From: a virus
DNA length: 64,000 bases
IMG/VR virus record: IMGVR_UViG_3300034103_001746
Coordinates: 1 to 64,000 of that record
Reading direction: 5' to 3' (one strand)
In this document: piece by piece, positions 34,155 through 46,000 of the stretch
How positions within the stretch are numbered: the first letter of the stretch is position 1
How the letters are laid out: every line of letters starts with the position of its first letter
Made by a program: the position numbers and the translations under genes
Notes under the pieces: generated by a model
The model's database searches: none
The model's input: only the letters and a program-made list of their open reading frames with translations
Told to the model about the DNA's origin: nothing

Positions 34155-35219
34155 ATGTTTAGTGCTAATTTTAATTCAAATCAACGATCTACGAGACTAT
34201 TGAGAAAAAGACAATTATTAAGCATGGATATTATATATAAGGCTCAACCGTATGTTGATGTTATTGGTAAAAATCAATATACTTATGGATTAGATTTTAT
34301 ACAAAACGGAAAGCCGTTTACTGGCGCTTATGATATTAATGTAAAAAAAGATTTTCCATTCACTATTACTGGATCTAATCACCCCGATGTACAACTATGG
34401 CAATATCTTGGCGGAACTGCTAGTTCTACTACTATTAATGCTATGAATACTTTTTGTAACACCATTGATAGCAATGGTTTAAGAAATAAATTTTATAGAC
34501 TTAATTTATTTTGTGGAAATAATCTTAATTCTTGTTTAATTCCACTATATAATAGTAGTCATTGGATTAATCCTACTTATGGATTTTCAAAAGATATAAA
34601 TTATAATTTTGTTGAAAGCGATTATGTTGAAACGGGGAGTAATGCTGGATTAACTTCTAGTGGCGCTGATGTAGTACAACAAAACGTAGGATCTAAATAT
34701 TTAGATTTGGGTATAGTGGCTAGTATAATTAATCCTATAGGTTTGGTTCCAACTAATATGCATCTATCAGCGTCGATATCATGTACACCTGTATCGGCCA
34801 ATGCTACAAATATATTTTATAATACCTTTAACTATTCAGATTTTTATGCTTTAGGTATACAATTATTATCTGGTAATGCTAATATTAGAGGAACGATAGG
34901 TAGTCAGACTGTTAATAGCACCATCACGCCAGTATCCACTGGCTTCGTACCATTAAATTATTATATAACATCCAGAATAGCAAACAACGATAGTAGAAAC
35001 TATCAAAACGGCACTCAAATTGGATCTACAAACACCACAATAGCAACAACTATAATGTCAAACGGATTACCGTCATTTTTAATGTATAGACAAACTGCGG
35101 GATATTATGGCAATATGAGAATTACTAATTATTCAATTGGTTTAGGATTAAATTCTAGCGAAGCATCTATAGTATCTAGTGCGATAGCAGCCTTCAACAC
35201 TGCGTTAAATAGGAGTTAA
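34155..35219 (+). CDS. virion-associated protein (possible lectin-like fibre subunit)
   Basis: ORF 34116-35219, likely start MFSANF; fibre-cluster context. Confidence 0.55.
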   Translation: MFSANFNSNQRSTRLLRKRQLLSMDIIYKAQPYVDVIGKNQYTYGLDFIQNGKPFTGAYDINVKKDFPFTITGSNHPDVQLWQYLGGTASSTTINAMNTFCNTIDSNGLRNKFYRLNLFCGNNLNSCLIPLYNSSHWINPTYGFSKDINYNFVESDYVETGSNAGLTSSGADVVQQNVGSKYLDLGIVASIINPIGLVPTNMHLSASISCTPVSANATNIFYNTFNYSDFYALGIQLLSGNANIRGTIGSQTVNSTITPVSTGFVPLNYYITSRIANNDSRNYQNGTQIGSTNTTIATTIMSNGLPSFLMYRQTAGYYGNMRITNYSIGLGLNSSEASIVSSAIAAFNTALNRS

Positions 35220-35220
35220 T

Positions 35221-38200
35221 ATGGGAACATTATTTGTGGATTATGAAAATGGTAATGATAATTATGCTGGAACTAGTTTTTTACCACTAGCTTCTGGTGT
35301 GGATGGTGTTATTTCTGGTGTTGTTAGTGGATATGGTATATTTAGCTCTGCTAGTGCTAATTTTCCTAACAATAATACTATAGCTCCAGTGAAAAATGAA
35401 GCTTGGTATTCTGAAGATTTATCAACTTATGGTTCTGTTAATAATTTAACTATTGTTAGAGATTCTACTATTAGTCCTCCTAGTGGTATTAGTGGTAATG
35501 TTTTTAAACTAACAGAATCTGTTGGATTCTTAACTGTGCGGCTATCATCAATTACAAATTATACTCCAATTTATCCAGCTACACAATATACGTTTTCTAT
35601 TTATGCTAAAACTGATGGTCGAAATAAAGTTATCTTAAGATATGATGCTGATGTTAGATCAGCTAGATATAACTTATCGAATGGGACTGTTGAAGAAACA
35701 GGAGCAAGCGCCACATCATCCATAACGTCTGTTGGTGACGGATGGTACAGATTAACCTTAACTATTACTACTCCCGCTGGCTCAGGATATTCTGCTGAAA
35801 ACTGGCAAATTTTGATGATAGATAACAACTATTCTGGTTTAGCATTTTCGTCTGCCGGATACACGGGGGATGGAATTAGTGGTTTATATATTAGTGGTAT
35901 GCAAATAGAACCAGGATCATCCGCAACAGTTTATGAGTTACCAGCATATCAATTATTAAGTATTTTTACTGGTTCAACATATACTACTTTTCATATTACT
36001 GAACGAATTAGTTCTACTAGTTTGCGTATTAATTTAATGAACAGTAGTACAGCACCAACAGCACAAAGCGCAAGGCAATATTTTATTGGAGGACGATTAA
36101 AAACTATATCCTCTACTGGAGTTAGTGCTGCCAGAACCATTCCTGGAGATACTGTGCGTATTATGGCTAGTCCACTACCAACAATACTGGGTAGCGGAAC
36201 TTGGAGTACATTAACCGGAGTCGTTGGTGCAGGATCTAGTAACGTAGTATCAGCAACGAATACATCTCCTATTGTGGTAACCTGTGCTAGTACTATGGCA
36301 ACACTAGGCATTAGTAATGGAGATACTGTTTTAATTAATTTTAATACAGCAAATACTAATAGTAATGGAACATGGGAAGTAACCGCTGTTAGCGGAAGCA
36401 CTTGTGCATTAGTAGGATCATCTGGTAATTTTAACCAAACAACCAGTGTTGGCCTTTTGAGAAAAATGACTCATAGAGTAGTAAGACTAAGCACTCCAGT
36501 TACGGATAATATAGCAAGTTATGGTAATCGTGGAGAAGGTCGTACAGCGTGGATAGGATCAACCAATGTTACAGCAGATTTTGATACTAGTACCACATCG
36601 GTAGATACTAAAGAAGGAGATGTTGCTGATCGTATTGCCATAGGAGCAGCATTTACCACGGGTAAAGCAGCCTATAAGGCTACAGGATCATTAAATTTAA
36701 GTCAATACCAACAAGTTAGTTTTTATATTAAGCAAACAGCCGGAACCGTTGCTGTGTCTGGTGATATTAGCTTACGATTGTGTTCTGATACTACAGGTGA
36801 CACAACTGTTCATACCATTAATATTCCACCAATGTTAAACCTGAATTTTTGGATTCCATTTACTATAAATTTGAATGCAAATATGAATAATAATATACAA
36901 AGTATTGCTTTATATGTTGATGCTGATAAAGGCGCCCAAACATTTTTATTAAGCAATATCATAGCTTGCAAAGCAGCATCCTCGCCCGACAGTCTAAACC
37001 TACAATCTCTTATTAGTAAAAATACGGCTGATGAGTGTTGGTATCCTATTATGAGTATTAATGGTACTCGTATAACGATAAGTAATGGACCAAACCTTAA
37101 TACTAATCCTGGTTCCACAGCTAATAGAGGAGGATATTATGGAGTTACTGAAACAGTAACCACCTATAAAAGAGAAACGATTAAAACAGTTATGGTTTCT
37201 AGCTCAAACTCTATAGTACAGGAAATTCAAGAAGGTGGAATTTTAGGGTCACCAATTAGCTATGAATTTGGATGGGACAGAAATAATATGAATGTTCAAA
37301 ATTCAACTAGTTTTTTTGATGGTTTGAATGGTTTGGGTTATGGCTTATATAGTATTAGTAAAAATTATATTAATATAAACAACTATTGTGGAACTAGATA
37401 CGATAGAGCACTCAGATTTTATACTGCACAATATTATAATATTGGTTTTATAGAATCTTGTAATTGTTTAAGTAATGGGATAGATTTAGGCTTCGGTCTA
37501 AATATGGGCAATATTTCATATTTAAGATGTTGTTGTAATCAAGGGGCAGCAATACTGTTAGATTTTGGCTGTAATTCTAATATTTTTAATAAAATTATTA
37601 CTATTGGTAATTTAAGTAATGGTATCTTGTTAACGAGAGGAACTAGCAACAATCGAATTAATAATATTTTATCGGCTGCTAATTCTTTTGGAATTTTTGC
37701 AGACCAAGGACTTAATAATATTTATACTAGCGGCAATTTTATACAGAATCAAACTGATGGGGTTAGATATTATGGAGCATCTAATGACCAATACATAAAT
37801 TGTGTATCATCTGGAAATGCGACTAATGGATGGTTTACCTTTGGTGGGGATGTGTATTTAAAAAATTGTTTAGTGAACGAAAGCGCTGAATTTGGTAATT
37901 ATGCATTTGCTAATAGTAGAATATATAGTTCCAATCATGATAATGTTGCTAATAATTATATTATTAGTACGGATCTTGGGCTGATCAGACCACAAACGAG
38001 TATACGATACTCTAATAGTGGATATGCATGGGCTATGAGTCCAACATCACAACTCAGAAGCTCAATCTATCCTCTAGACTTTATAATAGCTAAAATAGCA
38101 GTATCTGCCAATAGTTTAGTAACAGTCAGAGCGTGGATGAGACGAACAAACACTCTCTTAACAACAGGATTGCGGATTAAAGGTGGTCAAATAAGTGGTG

Positions 38201-38367
38201 TTCCAAATAATATTGCCAGTTATATGAATGCTGCTGCTGATACTTGGCAACAAGTAACGTTGTCGTTCACACCAACAGAAGTTGGTGTGGTAGAAATACT
38301 AGCAGAATGTTATGGTGGCTCAACTTATACAGCTTATGTAGACGATTTAAGTGTAACTCAAGTTTAA
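35221..38367 (+). CDS. large virion protein with beta-helix-like and carbohydrate-binding-like segments
   Basis: FVDYENGND start, GDGWYRLTLT module, N/C-rich repeats. Confidence 0.6.
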   Translation: MGTLFVDYENGNDNYAGTSFLPLASGVDGVISGVVSGYGIFSSASANFPNNNTIAPVKNEAWYSEDLSTYGSVNNLTIVRDSTISPPSGISGNVFKLTESVGFLTVRLSSITNYTPIYPATQYTFSIYAKTDGRNKVILRYDADVRSARYNLSNGTVEETGASATSSITSVGDGWYRLTLTITTPAGSGYSAENWQILMIDNNYSGLAFSSAGYTGDGISGLYISGMQIEPGSSATVYELPAYQLLSIFTGSTYTTFHITERISSTSLRINLMNSSTAPTAQSARQYFIGGRLKTISSTGVSAARTIPGDTVRIMASPLPTILGSGTWSTLTGVVGAGSSNVVSATNTSPIVVTCASTMATLGISNGDTVLINFNTANTNSNGTWEVTAVSGSTCALVGSSGNFNQTTSVGLLRKMTHRVVRLSTPVTDNIASYGNRGEGRTAWIGSTNVTADFDTSTTSVDTKEGDVADRIAIGAAFTTGKAAYKATGSLNLSQYQQVSFYIKQTAGTVAVSGDISLRLCSDTTGDTTVHTINIPPMLNLNFWIPFTINLNANMNNNIQSIALYVDADKGAQTFLLSNIIACKAASSPDSLNLQSLISKNTADECWYPIMSINGTRITISNGPNLNTNPGSTANRGGYYGVTETVTTYKRETIKTVMVSSSNSIVQEIQEGGILGSPISYEFGWDRNNMNVQNSTSFFDGLNGLGYGLYSISKNYININNYCGTRYDRALRFYTAQYYNIGFIESCNCLSNGIDLGFGLNMGNISYLRCCCNQGAAILLDFGCNSNIFNKIITIGNLSNGILLTRGTSNNRINNILSAANSFGIFADQGLNNIYTSGNFIQNQTDGVRYYGASNDQYINCVSSGNATNGWFTFGGDVYLKNCLVNESAEFGNYAFANSRIYSSNHDNVANNYIISTDLGLIRPQTSIRYSNSGYAWAMSPTSQLRSSIYPLDFIIAKIAVSANSLVTVRAWMRRTNTLLTTGLRIKGGQISGVPNNIASYMNAAADTWQQVTLSFTPTEVGVVEILAECYGGSTYTAYVDDLSVTQV

Positions 38368-38375
38368 GGTGAATT

Positions 38376-38555
38376 ATGAACTATACTATTAGTGAATTAT
38401 TTTTAGATCCTGCCAATAAGTACAGGGTAAGGGTCATAATAGATGAAAATAGAACTGAATTTTTTAAATTTGACCACTATCCAACTCAAGAAGAAATTAA
38501 TGAGACTGTTAATGCTTACTTAAATAATATTAATAATTTAGGAGAAAATTCATGA
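38376..38555 (+). CDS. small hypothetical protein (absent from ORF track)
   Basis: 59 aa MNYTISELFLDP..., AAGGTG RBS, ATGA overlap with the next gene. Confidence 0.6.
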   Translation: MNYTISELFLDPANKYRVRVIIDENRTEFFKFDHYPTQEEINETVNAYLNNINNLGENS

Positions 38556-38869
38556 GTTTACCAATATTATCAGCAACAAACCCAACCACTGTACCAGCCA
38601 TAGTTTATGACAAGTGGTGGATTCAAAAAATAGAAATTCAAGCACCAAGCCCTAATCATGACGCTAGTGCTAATATAATTTTAGTTAAATTTGCCACCAA
38701 TGAAGATGGTATCGCAACAGTTTCTAATGAAACGGTTGCTATGGAAATGAATAACTTATTATCAAACGCTACTAATGATCCTGAACTCGCTATGGTTATT
38801 GGGGGTTTGATGAACTATATTATGAAAGTTGGTCAGAATCGTGGAATTGTGGCCGCAGAAAGTATTTAG
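38552..38869 (+). CDS. hypothetical protein (possible fibre chaperone)
   Basis: AGGAG RBS. Confidence 0.6.
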   Translation: MSLPILSATNPTTVPAIVYDKWWIQKIEIQAPSPNHDASANIILVKFATNEDGIATVSNETVAMEMNNLLSNATNDPELAMVIGGLMNYIMKVGQNRGIVAAESI

Positions 38870-39100
38870 AATCTACACACCATCCATCTAATCGATATAT
38901 CGCCTAATCAAAACAACTCTTTTAAGAACTGATGGATTTATCCATCTTTAATCGATAAAGATTACCTGACTAGATATATCAAATAGATCGATATTTCTTT
39001 AAATAATGGCTAATTTATTTAGAATTTAGATTTTATACTTTATAAGAGCAGGGTGTATCTATAAATATAATGACGCCACAATTCTTTAAAAAGGTCTAAT

Positions 39101-39616
39101 ATGAGCTGGCAAACGGAAATACCCATAATTGTTCGCACTCTTATTAATGACTGGTCAGATCAGCCAGTTTATAGTGATGAAAGAATAATACAGGTTATAG
39201 CTGTAGCAGCACAATATGTGCAATTTGATGTTGTTTTAGATCAGAAATATTCAGTAGACATAACGAGTCCCGCAATGTCTCCAGATCCAACATTAAATAG
39301 AGATGAAATTTTTATTAGTTTAGTTTCATTAAAAGCCGCTTGTATAATAGATCAAAGTAATCTGAGAACCAAAGCCGCTATGGAAGGTATTAGGGCTGCT
39401 TTAGGACCAGCAAGTTTAAGTGTTGGTGGTAGCTTAGAGGGTATAAAAATGGTATTAGAACATGGTCCTTGCGCATTATACGAGGAATTAACTTCTCATT
39501 GGGATGTTAAGGATGCTACCGCTGTTAGGGCTATACTTAGTCCATTTGTTGGTAATAATTTTAATCCCAGATATATTCAGAGCTATGGTTATAGAGCTAG
39601 AGATTTTTATTCTTAA
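39101..39616 (+). CDS. probable head-tail adaptor
   Basis: VRTLIND..YSDERI pattern typical of adaptor N-termini. Confidence 0.5.
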   Translation: MSWQTEIPIIVRTLINDWSDQPVYSDERIIQVIAVAAQYVQFDVVLDQKYSVDITSPAMSPDPTLNRDEIFISLVSLKAACIIDQSNLRTKAAMEGIRAALGPASLSVGGSLEGIKMVLEHGPCALYEELTSHWDVKDATAVRAILSPFVGNNFNPRYIQSYGYRARDFYS

Positions 39617-39631
39617 TAGGATGTACTAACG

Positions 39632-40072
39632 ATGCCAGCCGCCGAATATAATTTTAGTATTGAAAAAGGTACATCTTTTGTAATAGCTTTTGAATATAAA
39701 GACGATAGTAATATACCAATTAATATTACAAATTGGTGCGCTAGAATAAGATGGATAGAGGATCAGAGTACACCCACAACCAGAACTTTTGTGACGAATA
39801 CCAGGAATAGTGATTATGAATTCACTATAGATCCATTATTAGGTAAAGTTGTATTAAAACTAAGCGCAGCATTTACTGCCTCGTTTGATTTTGGTAGTGC
39901 TAGATATGATTTTGAACTACAAGAACCCAATGATTTGTACACTGGTGGTGGGCGTAAAATATTTAGAATCCTCCAAGGCTCTATCGGACTCGTTACCAGA
40001 AATGTGCCAGGGAACGATTCGTTCTCCTGCAATACAGATGTACAAAATGATTGTGGAACTTGTAACTCATGA
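39632..40072 (+). CDS. virion adaptor-like protein (paralog of 28623-29027)
   Basis: YNFSIEKGTSF..PINITNWCAR..ARYDFE. Confidence 0.6.
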   Translation: MPAAEYNFSIEKGTSFVIAFEYKDDSNIPINITNWCARIRWIEDQSTPTTRTFVTNTRNSDYEFTIDPLLGKVVLKLSAAFTASFDFGSARYDFELQEPNDLYTGGGRKIFRILQGSIGLVTRNVPGNDSFSCNTDVQNDCGTCNS

Positions 40073-43000
40073 CAATTGTAAATGTTATTGAAGAAAATAA
40101 TACTACTAAATATTTAATTATTAGTCAGCAAAAAGACCCTAGTACTCTAATTACTACTAGGGTTGCTATTACTGATAATGCTAATAATACTATTAAATTA
40201 GTTGATATACAAAGAGGACCACAAGGAGAGCCCGGCCCAATGGGGCCTGCTGGTCCAGCTGGTCAAGACGCTATTACTTTCGAACTCTTGCCAATTATTA
40301 GTGGTGGTACTAATAATACTATTTTCACTAATGATAAAATTATTTATTATGATGGTTCTAAACTATCTAGTACTAATTATAGTATTAATGATTTATTAGC
40401 CATTAGTAATGCCGACGCCATTACTGGTATAATACCAAATACAGGATTATCTAAAATTACTAATGGGTCAACCGTTATACTAAATACTAATTTGGGAGAT
40501 GGCTTAACTGTTGATAATAGCAATAATATTATAGTTGATGATACTATTGCTAGAAGAGTAGAATTAACTGTAGGAAATATTTCTGGTATTTTGGGCATTA
40601 ATAAGGGCGGTACAAATAATTCTGTTTTTAATACCAATCGTTTAGTTTATTTTGATGGTAGTAAGCTTACTAGTTTTCCTTTGGATACTGGTCGTATAGT
40701 CACTAGTGGATCTACTATAAATATAATAGCAGGTTCTGGATTAATTGGAGGAGGTGGATTGTCTCTGCCAAGTGGCTCTGTAGTGATTAATATTGGCAGT
40801 TCTGAAGATATTCTAGTAGCAGAAAATACTATTGAATTATCTATCACCGGTGTTCCTGGTACATATACCAAGGTTACAACAGATACTAAGGGACGTATAG
40901 TTTCTGGTACATTTTTAACACAACAAGATATTATAGATATATTAGGATACATTCCATGGAATCCCAATAACGATGGTGAAAACAGTGGATTAGACGCAGA
41001 TTTATTAGATGGTCAGGATGGTTCATATTATTTAAACTTCTCTAATTTTACAGGCACCATACAAACTAATGTGCTTCCATCCAATACGGTTCCCGGCACA
41101 TATTCTAAAGTTACTGTTAGCGATAAAGGCTTGGTATTAAATGGAGACAATATCAATTATGCTGATGTTGTAACTGCTTTAGGCTATAGACCAGTTAGTG
41201 TTTCTGGTGACACAATTAATGGTGATCTAGATATTATTGGAAATGTTGATATTAGCAATGGTAGTTTAACTCTAGAAGATAATCTTCCAATTTTTGCATA
41301 TGATAATGCTAGTTTATTACCTAATGATCCTAGAGGTTTTAGTTTCGTATATGGTAATACATTTAAACAAACTGGCATATTGGCTTATTATCCAGCAGAT
41401 AATCAACTCAAACTAATTACTGATATTTTCGGTACTGGAACAAATGATTTAGGTGGTGGTAACAGTGAAAATAATTTCAATGGAGAAATTGATGGAGGCA
41501 ATTCATCAAGCATTTATCTGCTAGGTAATATGCAAGGTGATGAAGCTATAGTTCTATTACAGCATATAGCTGACCAGAGATACATTAGTTTAACCGCTAG
41601 TCAAATTATTAGTGGAATTAAAACTTTTAGTGATTCGGTTAATATATTCAAATATGTGAATATTGTTCAAGGAACTGGTTATAGTGGTCCGCCAATCTTT
41701 GTTGGTGGCAATAGTGGATTAATTACTAATTTAAATTCTGATTTATTAGATAGTAATCATGGAGCATATTATCGTAATGCAGTAAATTTAACTGGCGTTT
41801 TAGACTATAATAATACAACTGTCAGTAATATTAGTGGTATCACAGACTACTTACCAAAATTTGATAATAGAACATTAGGACCAAGCAGAACTATATCAAA
41901 CTCTATAGTTAAACAGTCTGGTGCTTCTTTAATTGTGGTGGAAAATGGGTCGTTATCTGTCGGTTCCAATAATACTGTACAAGGCACAAACTCTTTATCT
42001 GTTGGTGCTAATAACAGAAATAATAATACAAATACTTTATCTGTAGGTATTAATAATTTAACTAATGCTAATAATAGCGTAGCCATAAATAATGGCTCCC
42101 AGACAACTGCTCAAAATTCATTAGCTATGGGTTCTTATGGTACTACCTGGCTACAAAATCAAATCAGTATTGGAGCATTTGAAGAATTAAATCCTAATGA
42201 TAATATTACTAGAATAGGTCTTGGTCAGCATTCTACAGCAGCAATTGGGTATAATGGTGTTACCAACGGATCATATCAAAACTTAAGTCCGTTAATCACT
42301 ATACCAAATAATAAGACGATACTATATAATATTGATTTACTATTCACTAAACTTGGCGGTAGTGGCGCCGCTGCGTTTTCTTTTGCTAGCGGCATAGCCA
42401 AGAACGTCAATGGAGCATCCTATATTCTGCAAAATCATAGTAAATCAGAACTTTATAATGATTCTCAATTAAGAGAGTATATTTATGCCATTAGAGTTGG
42501 CAGTGCGACAAATCAAAACCAGATACTATCTGTAGAAAAACCTCCATTAAAAAATAATTTATTAGAAATTCAAAATTTATCTTCTATTAATAGAATTCGT
42601 CCAGAACTTACAGAAATTAGTGGATACTTCTATAAAACATTTGATGGTAGAATATTGCTTCAAATGAACAAGCCTATATCTAGCGGATGGTTTGAACAAT
42701 ATGAAGATCAATTTATTATTAAAGTAAAATCATACAATCATGGAGCTGTTACTGGTTGTATTGTTAATACTCAGTATACTTCAGGCATTTTATTTAAACC
42801 ACCAAGTTCAGGACATCTTGTCAAATATGTTTACAATAAAGACGAATTTGGAATTTCTGATTACTTTTGGAGAGGTCATTATAAAAATGGTTTTATAGAT
42901 ATACTAAACAATGATATTACTAGTATAGATTCTGCGAATAAATTTATTTTTAGCGGTAATCTATCTAATCTATCTAACAATATTACAAATTGTTCTCCGT

Positions 43001-46000
43001 CTCTTAACGGAAATTTATCTTCTGGCATGCCACTATATTTTGCGGGAGCTGGTTTTAGTGGCACCCCTGTTGTTACAAGTGTTTCTGGTACTACGGTAAC
43101 TTTAAATATACCATATACTGGGTCTAATAGTAATGATAGAGTATTCGAGTTTAATCAATATTCCTATTATAGATTTTCAAGAAGTAAATCAGTTTTTATA
43201 GACGACATATTGTCTAATTATAATTTAGCAATAGACAAGACTGGAGAAGTAATTGTTACATCTTCAGGAATTAAAATAGGCACGTCCGGTTTTACTGGTC
43301 CAATCACCATTAGTCCATTATTAGTGTGTCCAACTATTAATAATTCTGGTAGACTTATTTGTACGCACAAGAGAAGCTATGATGGTAGATATACTAGATC
43401 ATCAGCCTTATTTACTCCTTATTACTCTTCTTATATACAATATCCATCAACAAATAATTTTGGTTTAATAGATATAAAAACAAACAGTTTGATTCAGAGT
43501 TTTGCTCCTAATTATAATCCATATATTAAATTTTTGAGCGCCACCAATGCCTTTAGCGGGGTTTTAACGAGCGGGTCTAATATTATTACTAATTGTTCAC
43601 CAGTTCAATCTGGTAAAATTATTTCTGGAATGATATTATCTTCTTCTGTGTCTGGTTTTCCATTAAATAATATTGTTGCTATATCACCAACTGGTAGTAG
43701 TATTACTATGACTCTTCCTTTTAGTGGAATAAACACAACAGGTCTAATTGTATATAGCGGAAATTTGCCTCCGACCGATAATTATTATAAAGCCCAAACA
43801 TTATATAATGGTTCTGGTTTACAAGTAGAAAGATTATATAGCAGCGGAACAGGCTATTATTTAACTGGTGAGGCTATAGTTTATCCTGATTATGGGGTAG
43901 CTAATTTAGCTATATCTTTATTTGATATTGCTAATTTTTCTGAAAAAGAACTAACATATATAAAATTTAATAGTGCTAGTAATGGTCTTATACCGGTATC
44001 AGATAATTACTATACTAGCGGAGTATCTGAAAGTGCTTTTTCAATTAGAACACTACATTTAATGCCAGATTCTGGGGTTTCTTCTACGGGTTTATTAGTA
44101 TCCACATTTGATAAAGATCACGGATTTGTTCAGCCGGCATCATTGTCAAATTATCTACAACAGATACCCTCAGTATTTTCTGCCCCAAGTAAATATATTG
44201 TTACTAGTGGTAGTAGCGCATCATTTTATACTGGAGACAATCCATCAAACAGAATTCCTAAAAACAGTATTTTTGATATTATAAGTGTTACTGGTGATTA
44301 TATTATTATTAATGATAATAAAAATTATTTAATTAAAGAATCAAATAATGTTCCGTTTTTTGACATATATCAAACAACCTCATATATTCGAGACACAAAT
44401 AATAATACTATAGAACTAAGTTTTAATAAAAACTATCTTCAAGTCCATGATCAAATTTACTGTTCTTTTAATAGTCTTAATGGACAAGATCAACAATTTA
44501 GGATTACTGGTATTGATACCTCTTTAAATAAATATTATGCAAGACCGGTCTCTGGTTCAGTTACTGGGCTTAATAGCTCTGGTTCACTATCTTATATAGG
44601 AGCTAGTAGCGGATATATTTATAGCCCCATCAATAATTTGTCTTTTCATTTATATGGTGGAAAATCAGAGTCTTGGGGTAGAGACTCTACCGGTAAATAC
44701 GTTAATCCTCCGCTTACAGGATTTTTTAGAGTATATGACTCACCATTTTTATGTAAGAGCGGAACATTATGTATTCATATCAGCGGTATAAACGACTTTA
44801 GTCCTATAAATAGTGGTCAGTATTTTTATTTTGACTTTATAGATATGGTCAATAGTCCATTAATTGGTATTTTTGGTGTTCATGATAAAATTAATAATAA
44901 TATACTAACTTTAAATATCCCTTATAATAATAATTATATCAATCAAAGCGGTTTAGTTTATGTTATAGATAGTTTAGAAAACATAAAAACTAACAAACAC
45001 CCAAACTACGATAATAGTTTCAGCTCTGCTGCATTATTTACCACCAATAATAATCCTGGTGTTTATACCCATAATTTATTAAGATATAATGATGCTAATA
45101 ATAGATGGAAATATTTTATAGGTTTAAAAAATAATTTAAACCCTAATAAATACACAGAAACTTTTACTATTGGACTAGATTCTCAGTGGACTTCACAACA
45201 AACTAGATTTATTGTCTTTACTCCAGAAGATCTGTCATGTTCTATACAGTATAGTATCGATAATGTTAATTATATAGATATTTCTAATAATACTATGTCT
45301 ATACCTTCCGGTGTTTCTCTCAGACTTAAAGTTATTACTAAAAATGGAGCAGGCTATTGGTCAACGACAGTAAACGAATCTGCTCCACGAGTGAATATTA
45401 TAGGCATAGCTAACTACGAAATTGTAGACAATGAAAAAACATATAATGCTGCTTTGGGTCAATGGGAGATCATAGTAAGATGTGGAACAATTAATACTCT
45501 TACTAATAATAAACCCATTACAATAACAGTATCAGACGAAAGCGACAGAGTATATAAAAATCTATTTTTAACTGTTACTCAACCATTATCTTCTAGTGAT
45601 CTATCTAATGTTGGATATGGATATGTTGGAGGATCATATTGGAGAGTTTTATTTGAGGTTTATGGCGGAAATTTAAGTGAAGCTCAAACACCTAATATTT
45701 CTTTAATTAGTCAAGGCTATCCTGAATTTGCTACCGCTTATTCTACAGTGGAATATCTGGGCTATCCAAGTGGATGGTATGGTGTTTTAATACAGGGTTC
45801 TCCAGGATCTACTACTGGAGTGTTTAATCCGGTTGTTGCTATTAATGATGGTTCAACCACAATCTACAAAACCGGAACATTAATTGTAAGACCTGGTGCT
45901 GGTCCCATACAACAATATTCTATTGTTCCTAGAACATTTAATAATAATATCGTTAATAAGTATTTAAATACAGATATAAACGATTTTGGTTTTCTCATTC

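Noticed and set aside
38870-39050. Intergenic gap with three ATCGATA copies (also the AT-rich gap 53516-53857) as an origin
   Set aside because: Repeats are short and irregular in very AT-rich DNA; support is insufficient.
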